DNA of 64,000 nt from Bacilli bacterium (lineage in GTDB: Bacteria; Bacillota_I; Bacilli_A; RF39; UBA660): positions 41,413-105,412 of the forward strand of contig JAGAFD010000008.1 in the NCBI GenBank assembly GCA_017612805.1, given 5' to 3'. Below the pieces are notes generated by a model. The model saw only the letters and a list, made by a program, of their open reading frames with translations, did no database searches and was not told the DNA's origin. Shown here one piece after another: positions 9,128 to 19,781 of the stretch (position 1 is the first letter of the stretch; the number at the start of each line of letters is the position of its first letter). Position numbers and translations under genes: made by a program.

Positions 9128-9413
9128 TTATTTAGAAAATGAAAATGATTTTAGTAATATTGTTAAAGAAGGTTTAACATTAGTTGATTTTTATGCTGAT
9201 TGGTGTGGTCCTTGTAAATTATTAGGGGAAGAATTAGAAAAATTAGATAATATTAAGATTCTTAAAATCAATTGTGATATGTTTAATGAATTAGCATTAA
9301 AAAATGGGGTTATGTCAATACCAGCATTATTCTTATATAAAGATGGCGTAATTATTAAGCAAAGTGTTGGTTATAAAACAGTGGATGAATTAAAAGAATT
9401 TATTAAAGAATAG
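9120..9413 (+). CDS. trxA: Thioredoxin
   Basis: WCGPCK active site and MSIPAL (cis-Pro loop). GAGGTGG RBS sits before ATG 9120, giving an 8-nt overlap with the cvpA stop. Confidence 0.85.
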   Translation: MINYLENENDFSNIVKEGLTLVDFYADWCGPCKLLGEELEKLDNIKILKINCDMFNELALKNGVMSIPALFLYKDGVIIKQSVGYKTVDELKEFIKE

Positions 9414-9469
9414 AGTTTTCTCTATTTTTTTTAATGGCTTTTTTGGTATAATAATATTAGGTGATATTG

Positions 9470-12013
9470 ATGAATAAAATCGTTTTAGTTGATGGTAACA
9501 ATTTATTATTTAGAAGTTATTATGCTACGGCCTATACTGGTAATATTATGAAGAATTCGAAAGGCTTTCCAACGAATGCTTTATATGGCTTCTTAGGTAT
9601 GATGAATAAGATCATTAAAGAAGAAAATCCAACGTATATTATGGTAGCTTTTGATATTGGTAAAAACTTTAGAGTACAAAAGTATGAAGCTTATAAAGAT
9701 GGTAGAAGTAAGACACCAGAAGAATTAAAAATGCAAATGCCATATGCACGTAAGCTATTAAGTGCTATGGGAATTAAGTATTATGAATTAGAGCCTTATG
9801 AAGCAGATGATATTATTGGTACTTTTGCTAAAATGGTTAAAGAAAACAAAAACTTTGATGCAACGATTATTTCATCAGACAAAGATTTAATTCAACTTAT
9901 TGGTGATGGCGTTGATATTAAATTATTAAAACAAAAAGATTATATTCGTTATGATGAGGCTTCATTTAATGCAGAATGGGGTATTAAACCAATTAATATT
10001 ATTGATTATAAAGCGATAGCAGGTGATGCCTCTGATAATATTCCGGGTGTTAAAGGAATTGGTGATAAGGGAGCATTATCTTTACTTACTAAATATGAAA
10101 CTTTAGAAGGTGTTTATGAACATATTGATGAAATTACTGGTAAAACGAAAGAAAAGTTAGAAACTTCTAAAGAAGATGCCTTTATGTCTAAAGAGATTGC
10201 TACTATTTATCAAATGGTACCATTAGAGGCAAGTTTAGAAGATACCTTGTATAATCCAGCTAATAATAGTGAATTAAATGCATTACTAGAAGAATTAGAG
10301 TTTTATTCATTTATTAAGAAATTTGATGTTAAAAAAGAAGTTAAACCATTAGAAGTTAAAGAAATTCCTCAAAGTATTGATAACATTTGTAGTTATTATT
10401 TAGAACTTGATAGTGATAATTATCATACTGCTAATTTAATTGGGGCTTCGGTTACGGATAAGGAAGGCACCTATTATTTTGATAAAGATAATATTGATCA
10501 ATTAGTTAAATTAATTGATAATCATATTATTTATACCTATGATGAGAAGAAAAACATTAACGTTTTAAATCGCTTAGGATATAAACTAAATGGGGTTATT
10601 TTTGATACGATGTTAGCAGCTTATTTGCTTGAATATGAAACTAGTGATGACATTGCTACCCTTGCTAATCAATATGATTATAATTTAAAAACTTTAAGTG
10701 AAAACAAGAAAAATAAATTTGCGTTAATGATGGAAGATATTTGTAGTAAGAGTGAATTTATTTTTAAAACAAGAGATACTTTAGTTAAAGAATTAAAAAT
10801 GTTTGATATGTTTGATTTATATGAAAAGATTGAACATCCATTAATTAGTGTTTTAAGTAGTATGGAAATTGAAGGGGTTAATATTGATGTTGCTACCTTA
10901 AAAGATATGGCTGATACCATTAATGTTAAAGTTGAGTTATTAGCTCGTGACATTCATGATTTAACTGGTAGCGATTTTAATATTGATAGTCCGAAACAAT
11001 TAAGTGAAGTGTTATTTGATAAATTAAATTTACCAGATAAGAAAAAAGGTTCTACGGATATTAAAGTGTTAAAGAATTTAGAAGATTATCATCCTGTTAT
11101 TAAAAAGATTATTGAATATCGTAACTTGAAGAAATTATCTTCAACTTATTTAGAGGGTTTACAAAATACTGTTTATGAAGATGGGAAGATTCATACCATC
11201 TTTAAACAAGGTTTAACTAGAACAGGAAGACTATCTTCAGTTTCACCTAACTTACAAAATATTCCGGTTCGTGATGAAGAAGGAAGAAAGATTAGAAAAG
11301 CCTTTAAAGCCCGTAAAGGTTATAAGATTTTATCCGTTGATTATAGTCAAATTGAATTAAGGATTTTAGCACATATTTCTGGATGCCAAGAATTAATTGA
11401 TGCTTTTAATCATAATGAAGATATTCATACAAAGGTTGCATCTGATATTTATGGAGTTTCAATAAATGAAGTTACTAAATTAATGCGTAGTACTGCCAAA
11501 GCAGTTATCTTTGGTATTGTTTATGGTATTAGTGGGTTTGGTTTAGGGGAAAACTTACATATTAATCCAAAAGAAGCCAAAGCATTTATTGAAAAATATT
11601 ATGAACTATATCCAGGTGTTAAAAAATACATGGATAAGATTGTTCTTGAAGCTAAAGAAAACGGTTATGTAACAACGTTATATAATCGTCGCCGTAATAT
11701 AGATGAATTAAAGAGTACTAATTTCATGGTAAGACAAGCTGGGGAACGCATTGCCCTTAATACACCAATTCAAGGTACAGCAGCTGATATTATTAAATTA
11801 GCAATGATTAATGTATATAAAGCATTATCTTCAGCTTCGCTTGATGCTAAAATGTTAGTTCAAGTTCATGATGAATTAATCTTTGAAGTTAAAGAAAGTG
11901 ACTTAAAAGCTTTAGAAGCTTTAGTTACGAAAGAAATGATTAATGTTGCTTCATTATCCGTACCATTAATTGTGTCAGCATCATCTGGTGATGATTGGTT
12001 TGAAGCTAAATAA
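9470..12013 (+). CDS. polA: DNA polymerase I
   Basis: 5'-nuclease N-terminus (LVDGNNLLFRSYYA, EADDIIGT). Family A polymerase motifs are present: DYSQIELRILAH, RSTAKAVIFGIVYG and QVHDELIFE. AGGTGA RBS precedes ATG 9470. Confidence 0.92.
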   Translation: MNKIVLVDGNNLLFRSYYATAYTGNIMKNSKGFPTNALYGFLGMMNKIIKEENPTYIMVAFDIGKNFRVQKYEAYKDGRSKTPEELKMQMPYARKLLSAMGIKYYELEPYEADDIIGTFAKMVKENKNFDATIISSDKDLIQLIGDGVDIKLLKQKDYIRYDEASFNAEWGIKPINIIDYKAIAGDASDNIPGVKGIGDKGALSLLTKYETLEGVYEHIDEITGKTKEKLETSKEDAFMSKEIATIYQMVPLEASLEDTLYNPANNSELNALLEELEFYSFIKKFDVKKEVKPLEVKEIPQSIDNICSYYLELDSDNYHTANLIGASVTDKEGTYYFDKDNIDQLVKLIDNHIIYTYDEKKNINVLNRLGYKLNGVIFDTMLAAYLLEYETSDDIATLANQYDYNLKTLSENKKNKFALMMEDICSKSEFIFKTRDTLVKELKMFDMFDLYEKIEHPLISVLSSMEIEGVNIDVATLKDMADTINVKVELLARDIHDLTGSDFNIDSPKQLSEVLFDKLNLPDKKKGSTDIKVLKNLEDYHPVIKKIIEYRNLKKLSSTYLEGLQNTVYEDGKIHTIFKQGLTRTGRLSSVSPNLQNIPVRDEEGRKIRKAFKARKGYKILSVDYSQIELRILAHISGCQELIDAFNHNEDIHTKVASDIYGVSINEVTKLMRSTAKAVIFGIVYGISGFGLGENLHINPKEAKAFIEKYYELYPGVKKYMDKIVLEAKENGYVTTLYNRRRNIDELKSTNFMVRQAGERIALNTPIQGTAADIIKLAMINVYKALSSASLDAKMLVQVHDELIFEVKESDLKALEALVTKEMINVASLSVPLIVSASSGDDWFEAK

Positions 12014-12026
12014 GTAGGGGGTATAT

Positions 12027-12848
12027 ATGCCAGAATTAGCCGAAGTAGAAGTAGTAAGACAAAGACTATGTGATGAAGCTTTAAGAAAAAGAATTAAAGA
12101 AGTCATTATCAATTACGGTAAAACTATTGAAACTAATAAAGATGATTTTAAAAAACATTTAGTTAATCAAGCATTTGTTGATGTTAAAAGAAAAGGGAAG
12201 TATTTAATTTTTCAAACTAATGATTATGATATGGTAAGTCATCTCCGTATGGAAGGCAGATATTATTATAAAGATAGTAGTGATGAGGTTTTAAAACATG
12301 AGCATGTTATCTTTAGATTTGATAATGGTAAAGATTTAAGATATTATGATTCCCGTAAGTTTGGTAGAATAGCTTTACTTCCTAAAAACGCTTATATGGA
12401 ATATCCGGGTATTAAAAAACTAGGTTTAGATGCCAATGATCCAAGTTTAACTAAAGAATACTTATATGAGAAACTAAAAAATAAAAAATTAGCTATTAAA
12501 ACTAGTTTGTTAGATCAAAGTATTATTGCCGGTTTAGGAAATATTTATGTTAACGAAGTACTTTTCTTAGCGCATATCGATCCGAGAATTAGTAGTGATA
12601 AGATTACTTTAAAAGACTGTGAACATATTATTAAATATGCTAAAGAAGTATTAGATGAGTCAATTAAATTTAAAGGAACAACCATTCATAGTTTTGAATC
12701 TTCTTTAGGAGTAACGGGTGGTTATCAAGAAAAACTTAAGGTTCATGGAAGAGCTAATGAAGAATGTGTACAATGTAAAACAAAAATTTTAAAAATTAAA
12801 GTTAATGGTCGAGGAACTTATTATTGTCCTAGATGTCAAAAAAGCTAA
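12027..12848 (+). CDS. mutM: Formamidopyrimidine-DNA glycosylase
   Basis: MPELAEVE N-terminus, an H2TH region (GLGNIYVNEVLF) and a C-terminal zinc finger (CVQC...YYCPRCQ). polA-mutM synteny. Confidence 0.88.
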   Translation: MPELAEVEVVRQRLCDEALRKRIKEVIINYGKTIETNKDDFKKHLVNQAFVDVKRKGKYLIFQTNDYDMVSHLRMEGRYYYKDSSDEVLKHEHVIFRFDNGKDLRYYDSRKFGRIALLPKNAYMEYPGIKKLGLDANDPSLTKEYLYEKLKNKKLAIKTSLLDQSIIAGLGNIYVNEVLFLAHIDPRISSDKITLKDCEHIIKYAKEVLDESIKFKGTTIHSFESSLGVTGGYQEKLKVHGRANEECVQCKTKILKIKVNGRGTYYCPRCQKS

Positions 12849-12929
12849 CTATAAAATAGTTAGTTTTTTGTTGTTTTGTATTATACTTGTATGTTATTAT
12901 AATTTATGTTTCTTAGGGGAGGATTATTT

Positions 12930-13373
12930 ATGGAAAAGAATTCTTATAAAATTATTGGGATTGTTAATTATTTTGATGTTATTCCATCATCAGTATTTAC
13001 GGTTTTAGAAGGTGAAGATGGAAATTATTATTTAGGCTTTTGGAATGCTGATAATAAAGATCCAGATCATTGTTATATTGCTTCTATTGAACCATTATAT
13101 GATAACTTTTATGATAAAATTGTTTATTTAAAAGACCTTAATGTTCAAGCAGAAAGCCTACAAGAAAGGTATTGTATTGGTGATATTGTTCCAGTTGCTA
13201 TTCAAACAAGTGATACGGATGTTTATATTGGTCGTTTAGATAAATATTTGGCATTTTTAATTGACTATCAAACTAAATGTAGTGATCAATCTAGAACTTG
13301 TCAAGAGTGGATTGCTGATGAGATAGCTCATACTAAATTATTAGTTAATGAAATGAATAATAGGAAGAATTAA
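12930..13373 (+). CDS. Hypothetical protein (147 aa)
   Basis: GGGGAGG RBS before ATG 12930. Terminators flank it on both sides. No family recognised. Confidence 0.5.
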   Translation: MEKNSYKIIGIVNYFDVIPSSVFTVLEGEDGNYYLGFWNADNKDPDHCYIASIEPLYDNFYDKIVYLKDLNVQAESLQERYCIGDIVPVAIQTSDTDVYIGRLDKYLAFLIDYQTKCSDQSRTCQEWIADEIAHTKLLVNEMNNRKN

Positions 13374-13431
13374 TCTTCTTTTTTATTTGTTTAAATTGGG
13401 TTTCTTTGATAAAATAATGGTGGTGTTATAA

Positions 13432-15228
13432 ATGAAGCAAGAAAATATTAGAAATTTTTCCATTATTGCCCATATTGATCATGGTAAAAGTACCTTAGCT
13501 GATCGTATTTTGGAATTAACGGGAAATGTATCAAAGTATGAAATGAAAGATCAATTACTTGATAGTATGGATCTGGAACGTGAACGTGGAATTACGATTA
13601 AGTTAAATGCTGTAGCTCTTAAATATCATTATGAAAATGATGATTATTTGCTTAATTTAATTGATACTCCCGGTCATGTCGATTTTTCTTATGAAGTATC
13701 AAGAAGTCTGGCTGCTTGTGAAGGAGCAATCTTACTAGTCGATGCGGCACAAGGTATAGAGGCCCAAACATTAGCTAATCTTTATTTAGCATTAGAAAAT
13801 AATTTAACCATTATACCGGTTATTAATAAAATTGATTTACCTAATGCGGATATTCCTAAACGTTTAGAAGAATTACATGAAACTTTAGGTTTTAATGAAA
13901 GTGATGTCATTTTATGTTCTGGTAAAACTGGTGAAGGGGTTTTAGAACTATTAGATGCAATTATTAAAAGAATACCTGCTCCAATAGTTGATAATACTAA
14001 ACCTGCTAGAGCTTTAATCTTTGATAGTTATTTTGATGCTTATCGTGGGGTTATTGCTCATGTAAGAGTTGTTGATGGTGTTTTTAAAGTTAAAGATAAA
14101 ATTAAAATGATGTCTACTAATCATGAATATGAAATTGTATCTTTAGGGGTTAATACTCCTAAAGAAGTTTTAAAAGATGAATTAAGAAGTGGGGAAGTTG
14201 GATTTATTTGCGCTTCGATTAAAGATATTGAAAATGTAAAAGTAGGAGATACAATTACTACCGTATCTAAACCAGCTATGGAAGTCTTACCAGGTTATAA
14301 ACCAATGAAACCAATGGTATATAGTGGCTTATTTCCAATTGAGCCAAATAAGTTTGAAGCGTTAAAAGAAGCATTAGAAAAATTAAAGTTAAATGATGCT
14401 GCACTTACTTTTGAACCAGAAACATCCGCCGCATTAGGGTTTGGTTTTAGAACTGGTTTCTTAGGATTATTACACATGGATGTTATCTTAACGCGTATTG
14501 AACGTGAATTTGGAATTGAAATGATTGCAACATCACCATCTGTTATTTATGAAGTATTAAAAACTAATGGTGAGATTGAATTAATTGATTCACCAAATAA
14601 AATGCCTGATAAAACTTATATTAAAGAAATTAGAGAACCATATATTAAAACTAATATTTTTGTACCAACAGAATACATTGGACCAATTATGGAATTATGT
14701 CAAGATAAGCGCGGTATTTATTTAAGTATGGATTATATTAATTCAACAAGAGTAAATATTCATTATGAAATACCACTTTCGGAAATTGTTTATGACTTTT
14801 TTGATAAATTAAAAAGTATGACGAAAGGTTATGCATCATTTGATTATGAAATATCTGGTTATAAGCCAAGTGATTTGTTACGCATGGATATCTTAATTAA
14901 TGGTGATCCAGTAGATGCATTATGTTTAATTGTTCATAAAGATTTTGCTTATGCACGTGGTTCTAAAATTGTTAAGAGCTTAAGAGAAATTATTCCTCGT
15001 CAAATGTTTCAAGTACCAATTCAAGCATCAATTGGTACTAAGGTAATCGCCCGTGAAAATATTTCTGCTTTAAAGAAAGATGTTTTAGCAAAATGTTACG
15101 GTGGGGACGTATCTCGTAAAAGGAAATTATTAGAAAAACAAAAAGAAGGAAAGAAAAGGATGAAAATGGTTGGTTCAGTTGAAGTACCTCAAGAAGCTTT
15201 CTTAACCATTTTAAAGACGGATAAATAA
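13432..15228 (+). CDS. lepA: Elongation factor 4
   Basis: [26 protein letters not shown] and NKIDL GTPase motifs, plus the LepA-specific C-terminal domain ([25 protein letters not shown]). Confidence 0.95.
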   Translation: MKQENIRNFSIIAHIDHGKSTLADRILELTGNVSKYEMKDQLLDSMDLERERGITIKLNAVALKYHYENDDYLLNLIDTPGHVDFSYEVSRSLAACEGAILLVDAAQGIEAQTLANLYLALENNLTIIPVINKIDLPNADIPKRLEELHETLGFNESDVILCSGKTGEGVLELLDAIIKRIPAPIVDNTKPARALIFDSYFDAYRGVIAHVRVVDGVFKVKDKIKMMSTNHEYEIVSLGVNTPKEVLKDELRSGEVGFICASIKDIENVKVGDTITTVSKPAMEVLPGYKPMKPMVYSGLFPIEPNKFEALKEALEKLKLNDAALTFEPETSAALGFGFRTGFLGLLHMDVILTRIEREFGIEMIATSPSVIYEVLKTNGEIELIDSPNKMPDKTYIKEIREPYIKTNIFVPTEYIGPIMELCQDKRGIYLSMDYINSTRVNIHYEIPLSEIVYDFFDKLKSMTKGYASFDYEISGYKPSDLLRMDILINGDPVDALCLIVHKDFAYARGSKIVKSLREIIPRQMFQVPIQASIGTKVIARENISALKKDVLAKCYGGDVSRKRKLLEKQKEGKKRMKMVGSVEVPQEAFLTILKTDK

Positions 15229-16310
15229 TGAAAGCCGTTTATATTCATATTCCTTTTTGTAAAAAAATATGTTCTTATTGTGATTTTTGTAAATTATTAA
15301 TTAATGATGCTTGGGTTAATGATTATTTAAAAGCATTAGCTTATGAAATTGATGAATACTATAATAAAGATTTAGTTAAATCAATATATATTGGTGGGGG
15401 AACCCCAAGTGCTTTAAATATTCGGGAATTAAAGATGTTATTTGAAATCATTAAAATATTTAATAAAGCCCCTAATTGTGAATTTACTTTTGAATGTAAC
15501 TTAAGTGATATCAATGATATTTTATTAAAAATATTAAAAGAAAATGGGGTTAATCGGATTAGTATTGGCATTGAATCTTTTAATGAAAGAATGCTTGATT
15601 TAATGAATCGACAAGCTTCATTTAATGATGCTTTAAATAAGATTAATTTATGTCGTTATTATGGTATTAATAATATTAATATTGATTTAATTTATGGTAT
15701 TGAAGGGCAAACCCTTAACGAATTAAAAGAAGATGTAAAATTATTCTTAAAACTCCCAGTAACTCATATTAGTACTTATTCTTTAATTGTTGAAGATAAC
15801 ACGGTCTTTAAAATGAAAGGAATTGGTAATGTTTTAGAAGAGCTGGAGTATAAGATGTATACGCATATTGTTGATAGCTTAAAAAGTAAAGGTTTTAAAC
15901 ATTATGAGGTATCTAATTTTAGTAAGGAAGGATTTGAATCAATTCATAATTTAACTTATTGGCATAATGAGGAGTATTATGGTTTTGGTTTAAATGCATC
16001 CGGTTTTATTGGCTCTATTCGTTATACTAATACGGATAATATTAAAAAATATATTGCTAAAGAATACGATAGGACGACGAATATTTTAACAACTAAACAA
16101 ATGATGGATGATGAAATAATGTTAGGATTTCGTTTAATGAATGGTATTGATATTCATGAGTTTAATGATAAATATCAAACGGATATTTATAATGAATATC
16201 CGATTCAAGCTTTAATTAATAATCGCGATTTAATTTTAAAAGATAATCGCTTATATATTAATCCTAATCGGATTTATGTTATGAATAATATCTTACTTAA
16301 AATGCTTTAG
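15228..16310 (+). CDS. hemW: HemW-like radical SAM heme chaperone (HemN paralogue)
   Basis: YIHIPFCKKICSYCDF cluster motif and GGGTPS. TAATG overlap with lepA, which is conserved synteny. Confidence 0.85.
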   Translation: MKAVYIHIPFCKKICSYCDFCKLLINDAWVNDYLKALAYEIDEYYNKDLVKSIYIGGGTPSALNIRELKMLFEIIKIFNKAPNCEFTFECNLSDINDILLKILKENGVNRISIGIESFNERMLDLMNRQASFNDALNKINLCRYYGINNINIDLIYGIEGQTLNELKEDVKLFLKLPVTHISTYSLIVEDNTVFKMKGIGNVLEELEYKMYTHIVDSLKSKGFKHYEVSNFSKEGFESIHNLTYWHNEEYYGFGLNASGFIGSIRYTNTDNIKKYIAKEYDRTTNILTTKQMMDDEIMLGFRLMNGIDIHEFNDKYQTDIYNEYPIQALINNRDLILKDNRLYINPNRIYVMNNILLKML

Positions 16311-16352
16311 TATAAAAAATAATTTTTATTAAAAACTAATAATGGTGATAAG

Positions 16353-16829
16353 ATGAAAAAAGTTTTATTAATCATTATTAGTTTTTTTGTGTTTAATATA
16401 AAAGTTTATGCTAATGAAAAACCTTATTTGGATAGTTTAGAAATCATGAATGGAGTTAATACCTTAAGTTTTGATAAGATGAATAATTTATATACTATTA
16501 ATGTTTATGAAGATATTGATGCCTTAGATATTAGTTATAAAGTAAAAGAAGAAATCGATGTTTCAATAATTGGTAATGAACTTATTAAGAAAGTTAATGA
16601 TGTTTATATTAACTTGGCCCATGATGATGAAGTCAATTCTTATCATTTGATCGTAAATAAAATTGATAATACTAAAAGGGTTATGGCTTATGAAACAAAA
16701 GGGGAAGAAGATAGTGATAATCCGGTGGTAAAAACAAGTATTGTTTTTGCAAGTATTATAATAAATGGGTTAATGTTAGTTATTTTATTTCATAAAAAAA
16801 ATCCTAAAAAGGATTTATTTATAAAATAG
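16353..16829 (+). CDS. Secreted, C-terminally membrane-anchored protein with a cadherin-like beta-sandwich-type domain
   Basis: Signal peptide ending VYA|NE. An LDSLEI..G...LSF.....LYTINV......LDISYKV pattern. One C-terminal TM followed by a KK tail. Confidence 0.4.
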   Translation: MKKVLLIIISFFVFNIKVYANEKPYLDSLEIMNGVNTLSFDKMNNLYTINVYEDIDALDISYKVKEEIDVSIIGNELIKKVNDVYINLAHDDEVNSYHLIVNKIDNTKRVMAYETKGEEDSDNPVVKTSIVFASIIINGLMLVILFHKKNPKKDLFIK

Positions 16830-17519
16830 TTTTAAATATGTTTCATAAGCTTTAATACTATTTTTATTAATATAATTTTTACTCGTTAATTGATGCTCTT
16901 TTAAGAAGGTATCAATTAGCTTTTGAGTAAAATAAGGATTTCTGATTAGAAATGGCCCAATCAATAAAGTACCATAGAAGTTTTTATAGTTAAATCCTTC
17001 ACCATGTTTATGAGGATGATAACCATTACCATGAATGACTTTAAATAAATTACTATCATAGTTTTTAAATGCTACTTGGTGATTTAAAAAACCGATAATT
17101 TTTTGATTGTTTTGATCTTTATATAATTGTTCACCAACGGTTCTAAATGGGGTTTCTTTAGCATCATAATTAAATAATTGCGTACATTTAATAACTTCTT
17201 TATTTAGGGTAGTATATGTATTACCAAATAAGATATTAGCATTACCAGTTGCAATAATGTATTTATTATCGGCAAGATATTTTTTAAGATCTTTTTGATA
17301 TTTATTTAAATCATTAATACAAAGAAGAATGTTTTCTTCGGTTCCAGAACCAACATAAATTAAATCATAATCATTAAATTTAATATTTTCATTAATGGTT
17401 TTAAAATCGATTTGATAATCAATCTTATTATTTTCTAAATAATCTTTTATTGCTAAGATATTACCATTTTCACCATAAAGGTTTAATAAATCATAATATA
17501 AATGAACTATTTTAATCAT
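16815..17519 (-). CDS. gatD: GatD-like subunit of lipid II isoglutaminyl synthase; glutaminase catalytic residues apparently absent
   Basis: Collinear with staphylococcal GatD: LNLYGENGNILAI, DLIYVGSGTEE, IIGFLNH, EGFNYKNFYGTLLIGPFLIRN. 8-nt overlap with the upstream murT. Gly92 and Ile187 occupy the positions where the Cys and His nucleophile pair are expected. Confidence 0.75.
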   Translation of the reverse strand: MIKIVHLYYDLLNLYGENGNILAIKDYLENNKIDYQIDFKTINENIKFNDYDLIYVGSGTEENILLCINDLNKYQKDLKKYLADNKYIIATGNANILFGNTYTTLNKEVIKCTQLFNYDAKETPFRTVGEQLYKDQNNQKIIGFLNHQVAFKNYDSNLFKVIHGNGYHPHKHGEGFNYKNFYGTLLIGPFLIRNPYFTQKLIDTFLKEHQLTSKNYINKNSIKAYETYLKLFYK

Positions 17520-18855
17520 GTAAATCCTCCTTTAGGATTTGTTTAATATTGTAAGTCATATCAAAGCAAACCATGGTATAAATAGGAGTACCTATCTTTT
17601 TAAGTAATGTTTTTAAATCGGTTAATTCTTCAACTAATACAATTTTTTTATGATCAATATTTGCTAATTCTAAGCGATTTAAAATATCATATTTAAATCG
17701 CCCAATAACAAAGATTTTATCAATATTTTTATCATTTAATAATTCAAATTCTACATCATATAACCAAGATAGATCATTATATTTATATCTTCTAGATACA
17801 TTATCAAATCCTAAGATAACACTTTTATGGCCTTTAGTATTAGTAATATACTTTAGTGATTGATAATAACTTAGGGCATTTTCATTTTTGCTTTCTAACA
17901 TAATAAATGGTTGATCTTGATAATGATAGATGTTACCGCGTTTTGATTTTAATTCTTTATTATTAAGTTCTTTAATAATGTCTTTTTCATTAATACCTAT
18001 TTCACTTAGGGTTGCGTAAGCAGCAAGGGTTGCATAAACGGTATATAATTGATCTTTAGTAATATGAATATCATTTTTATTAATTTTTACTTTTTGATTA
18101 TTTAAATCAACGTCTTGTGCAACATACTTTAATGGGTTTCTTTTAAAGTTACAGTTTGGACAATAATAATCTCCCATTTGACCATAATGATAGAAATTAT
18201 AAACTAATTTGGTATGACACTTAGGACAATATTGATGATCTAAGTTATTAATAACTGGTTTTTTAAAAGAACTAGTGGTTTTATCAATACCATATTTTGT
18301 AATATGACATTTTGTATTAGTAGCAAAAGTGTTAACTACTGGATCGTCACCATTTATAATTAATTTAGTATAATTAGTAATTTTTCTAAAGATGAATTCA
18401 CCAATTGAATCAACGGTACCACTACGAGCTGGTTGATCACGCGTAATATTGGTGATAACTAAATGGGTTATACAATCTTTAGGGAAGGCCATATGAATAT
18501 GTCTTTCATCAGCTTCCAATAATAAAACATCTGCTTTCATTCTCCCGAAGATATTGCAGTTATTTAAAATAATAGTACATAAAGCACGAACGCCATTAGA
18601 ACCACTATTATTAAATACTACTTTATAACCTAAATTAGTTAATGCATTATAAATTAAATTACATGTTGATCCTTTACCAGATGAACCGGTTACAACAATA
18701 AAGTATTTAGGATATTTGATTTTAGTTAGAATTCGGCGGTTTAAATTAAAGGTAATACTACCGGGATAAACACTACCGTTTTTATGTGCCATATGGCACA
18801 CAAAGGAAATTAATTTATTTAAGATAATTAAAAATGCTCGATACATTATATTCAC
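17512..18855 (-). CDS. murT: MurT, Mur-ligase-like subunit of lipid II isoglutaminyl synthase
   Basis: Mur ligase P-loop (VVTGSSGKGS), a Cys4 ribbon (CPKC...CPNC) typical of MurT, and a C-terminal DUF1727-like part. Paired with gatD. Confidence 0.8.
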   Translation of the reverse strand: MNIMYRAFLIILNKLISFVCHMAHKNGSVYPGSITFNLNRRILTKIKYPKYFIVVTGSSGKGSTCNLIYNALTNLGYKVVFNNSGSNGVRALCTIILNNCNIFGRMKADVLLLEADERHIHMAFPKDCITHLVITNITRDQPARSGTVDSIGEFIFRKITNYTKLIINGDDPVVNTFATNTKCHITKYGIDKTTSSFKKPVINNLDHQYCPKCHTKLVYNFYHYGQMGDYYCPNCNFKRNPLKYVAQDVDLNNQKVKINKNDIHITKDQLYTVYATLAAYATLSEIGINEKDIIKELNNKELKSKRGNIYHYQDQPFIMLESKNENALSYYQSLKYITNTKGHKSVILGFDNVSRRYKYNDLSWLYDVEFELLNDKNIDKIFVIGRFKYDILNRLELANIDHKKIVLVEELTDLKTLLKKIGTPIYTMVCFDMTYNIKQILKEDLHD

Positions 18856-18962
18856 CTACAAATTATTATAGCATAAAATCTTTATTAATAAATAATAGAA
18901 TGTTTTGTCGAAAGTATTTTTTTAATAAAAAATCTTTGATAAATTTATTTTGGGTGATAAAG

Positions 18963-19169
18963 ATGGAAATGTTTTATAAGAGAGATACGTTATTTGTAAA
19001 TATTAATAATGATGATCATTTTAAAGGAAAAATCTTTAATGTATTAGATGATTATGATATTGAAAATATTGTCATTAATATTATTGGAACCCTTGATGAT
19101 TCTAAAGAATTAGATGATTTCATAAATGAATATCATGATAAATATAGTGGACATTTAACGGTTCGTTAA
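18963..19169 (+). CDS. Small acidic hypothetical protein (68 aa)
   Basis: GGGTGA RBS before ATG 18963. The longer track ORF (from 18834) overlaps the murT start region and is unlikely to be real. Confidence 0.35.
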   Translation: MEMFYKRDTLFVNINNDDHFKGKIFNVLDDYDIENIVINIIGTLDDSKELDDFINEYHDKYSGHLTVR

Positions 19170-19177
19170 TTATTTTA

Positions 19178-19206
19178 TTGACTATTATGGATTATTTAAA
19201 TATAAT
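19178..19206 (+). promoter_or_regulatory. Sigma-A-type promoter
   Basis: TTGACT (19178-19183), a 17-nt spacer and TATAAT (19201-19206), about 24 nt before ATG 19230. Confidence 0.55.
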
Positions 19207-19229
19207 CGTAATAGAGAGTAGGTTTTTTG

Positions 19230-19781
19230 ATGGATTATAATAGAGAAAAGAATGGTAAAAGAACCTTATTAATTGCTCTTAGCTGTTGCTTAATGATTTT
19301 AATTGCGGTTGCATCTTCATATGCTTATTATATGACACAATTAAATGTCCATGAACCACAATCAGTAATTATTAAAACTAAAGAGTTAGGAATTATTTAT
19401 AATGATGGTAAATCAATTGTTTTAAATAACGCTTTACCTGGTCAAACAATTATTAAAACTATAACAATTCAAAATACTGGTAATATGACAATGAGTTATG
19501 ATATAAGTTTTATTGATGTTGTTAATGAATTTAGTAATACAACGGATTTAGTATATAGTGTAGTGGGTGATAGTAATACGCCGACGGTTAATCCAGCAAT
19601 TAGTAATGCCACTTTTCCAGTTGCTGCTGGTACAATACTAAATGATGTAAATATTCCAGCTGATGGGCTTCATACTTATACGATTACGCTTACTTATTTA
19701 AATCGTGATGAAAGTCAAAATGTTGATATGGGAAAAATGCTTTCAGCAACGCTTAATGTAACGGATATTAAAGAAGTGTAA
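19230..19781 (+). CDS. Secreted protein with a TasA/camelysin-like (SipW-cognate-type) signal region
   Basis: Basic N-terminus, a TM segment, then AVASSYAYYMTQ, which resembles the ...G(T/S)YA(Y/F)F(T/S)D signature. The downstream beta-rich part contains LPGQTIIKTITIQNTGNMTMSY. Confidence 0.4.
   Translation: MDYNREKNGKRTLLIALSCCLMILIAVASSYAYYMTQLNVHEPQSVIIKTKELGIIYNDGKSIVLNNALPGQTIIKTITIQNTGNMTMSYDISFIDVVNEFSNTTDLVYSVVGDSNTPTVNPAISNATFPVAAGTILNDVNIPADGLHTYTITLTYLNRDESQNVDMGKMLSATLNVTDIKEV

Noticed and set aside
12805-13008. 67-aa ORF overlapping the mutM end and the following intergenic region.
   Set aside because: It crosses the mutM terminator hairpin, has a hydrophobic low-complexity translation, and competes with the RBS-supported ORF starting at 12930.
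15226-15230. TAATG/ATGA start-stop overlaps (lepA/hemW, kinase-like/alaS, mtaB/recD2, ireB/ruvX) as possible recoding sites.
   Set aside because: These are ordinary translational coupling junctions in compact operons. No slippery heptamers or split domains suggest frameshifting.
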